DNA of 64,000 nt, from the IMG/VR virus record IMGVR_UViG_3300003320_000853; one strand, 5' to 3'. The position numbers and the translations under genes were made by a program. This document shows positions 63,346-64,000 of this stretch, in pieces (the stretch's first letter is position 1; the number at the start of each line of letters is the position of its first letter). The notes under the pieces were generated by a model, which searched no databases, had not been told where the DNA came from, and saw only the letters and a program-made list of their open reading frames with translations. The DNA comes from a virus. Taxonomy: Duplodnaviria; Caudoviricetes.

Positions 63346-64000
63346 TGGCAACCACGGTGGAGGTTCTTGGCCTTAGAGTCGACCTCGATTCGAGGGATGC
63401 TCGCCGCGACATGGATCGCCTCCAGGGCGCCATGTCGAAGAAGCTCAAGGATCTCGACAAGGATTCGAAGGAATTCAACAAGGGTCTCGGGAAGCTCTTT
63501 CATCAGTTCGTCACCGGCAGGCGCACCGTCGTGCCGATGCTCAAGGACGTCGAGAAGTCCTACAACCGGCTCCAACGGTCGGTCATGGACGTCAACGCCG
63601 AGCTAGAACGCTGGCAGAAGAAACTCACGACGGCCTCAGCATCCGAGCGCGCCGAGATCGAGAAGGAGATCAAGGTCTGGGAGAAGCTCCGCGACTCCCG
63701 TGAGAAGGCGCTCTCCGGCATGGAGCGGGTCAAGGAGGACCTCGAAACGCGCATCGTCTTCGACAAGGACGAGTTCGTGGAGGCGATGAAGGAAGCCGGC
63801 CGCGAGCTGTACGACCCCGTCGAGCGCCTCCTCTCGAAAGACCTCCCCGGCGCCTTCGAGTCGGGCGGCAAGCTTGTCGGCAAGGGGATCCAGAAGGTAT
63901 TCAAGGGCGGCTCCTGGCTCGCAAAGGTCGGGGGCAAGTTCGGCCAGGAGGCCGGCACCTCGCTCACGTCCAAGGGTCGGATGTCGATGGCCAGGGGTGG
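63345..64000 (+). CDS. Tape-measure-like protein, N-terminus (runs off the window)
   Basis: TGATG coupling; open to the end; MATTVEVLGLRVDLDSRDARRDMDRLQG..., helical and coiled. Confidence 0.6.
   Translation, partial: MATTVEVLGLRVDLDSRDARRDMDRLQGAMSKKLKDLDKDSKEFNKGLGKLFHQFVTGRRTVVPMLKDVEKSYNRLQRSVMDVNAELERWQKKLTTASASERAEIEKEIKVWEKLRDSREKALSGMERVKEDLETRIVFDKDEFVEAMKEAGRELYDPVERLLSKDLPGAFESGGKLVGKGIQKVFKGGSWLAKVGGKFGQEAGTSLTSKGRMSMARG

Noticed and set aside
1-64000. Stop-codon reassignment, tRNA genes, integrase or att sites
   Set aside because: Standard code 11 gives dense, intact genes ending in TAG, TGA and TAA; no cloverleaf or recombinase motifs were recognised by eye.

Overview
This window is a 64-kb piece of a large, GC-rich (roughly 65% by eye) tailed-phage genome with a contractile tail. 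It covers most of the virion morphogenesis region. On the + strand, in order, are portal (5' truncated), prohead protease, Gln-rich scaffold, capsid cement, a compact HK97-type major capsid protein, fibre/decoration genes, head-tail adaptor and neck genes, tail sheath, tail tube, tail chaperones and the start of a tape-measure-like gene. Accessory genes are interspersed: a class I terpene synthase coupled to a STAS/SEC14-like protein, ung, a myxobacterial-style lipoprotein, a Dps-like protein, an actin-like ATPase, a papain-like peptidase, an EndoVII nuclease, a UvrD helicase, and a J-domain kinase / vWA / pyruvate-kinase-like cluster. Two recurring upstream motifs separate the genes into two classes. 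YGGTGTA (extended -10, mostly leaderless) precedes accessory genes, and TAGTTCTCTTATCC-like sites precede structural genes. At least eight otherwise unrelated proteins share an N-terminal RV[VLIA]xR[YF] tag, often followed by a [KR]x[AS] site, which suggests a capsid-targeting and protease-processing system. A Myxococcota host is inferred but not shown. I saw no tRNA, rRNA, CRISPR array, integrase or transposase. All product calls come from motif recognition and gene order, with no database searches.
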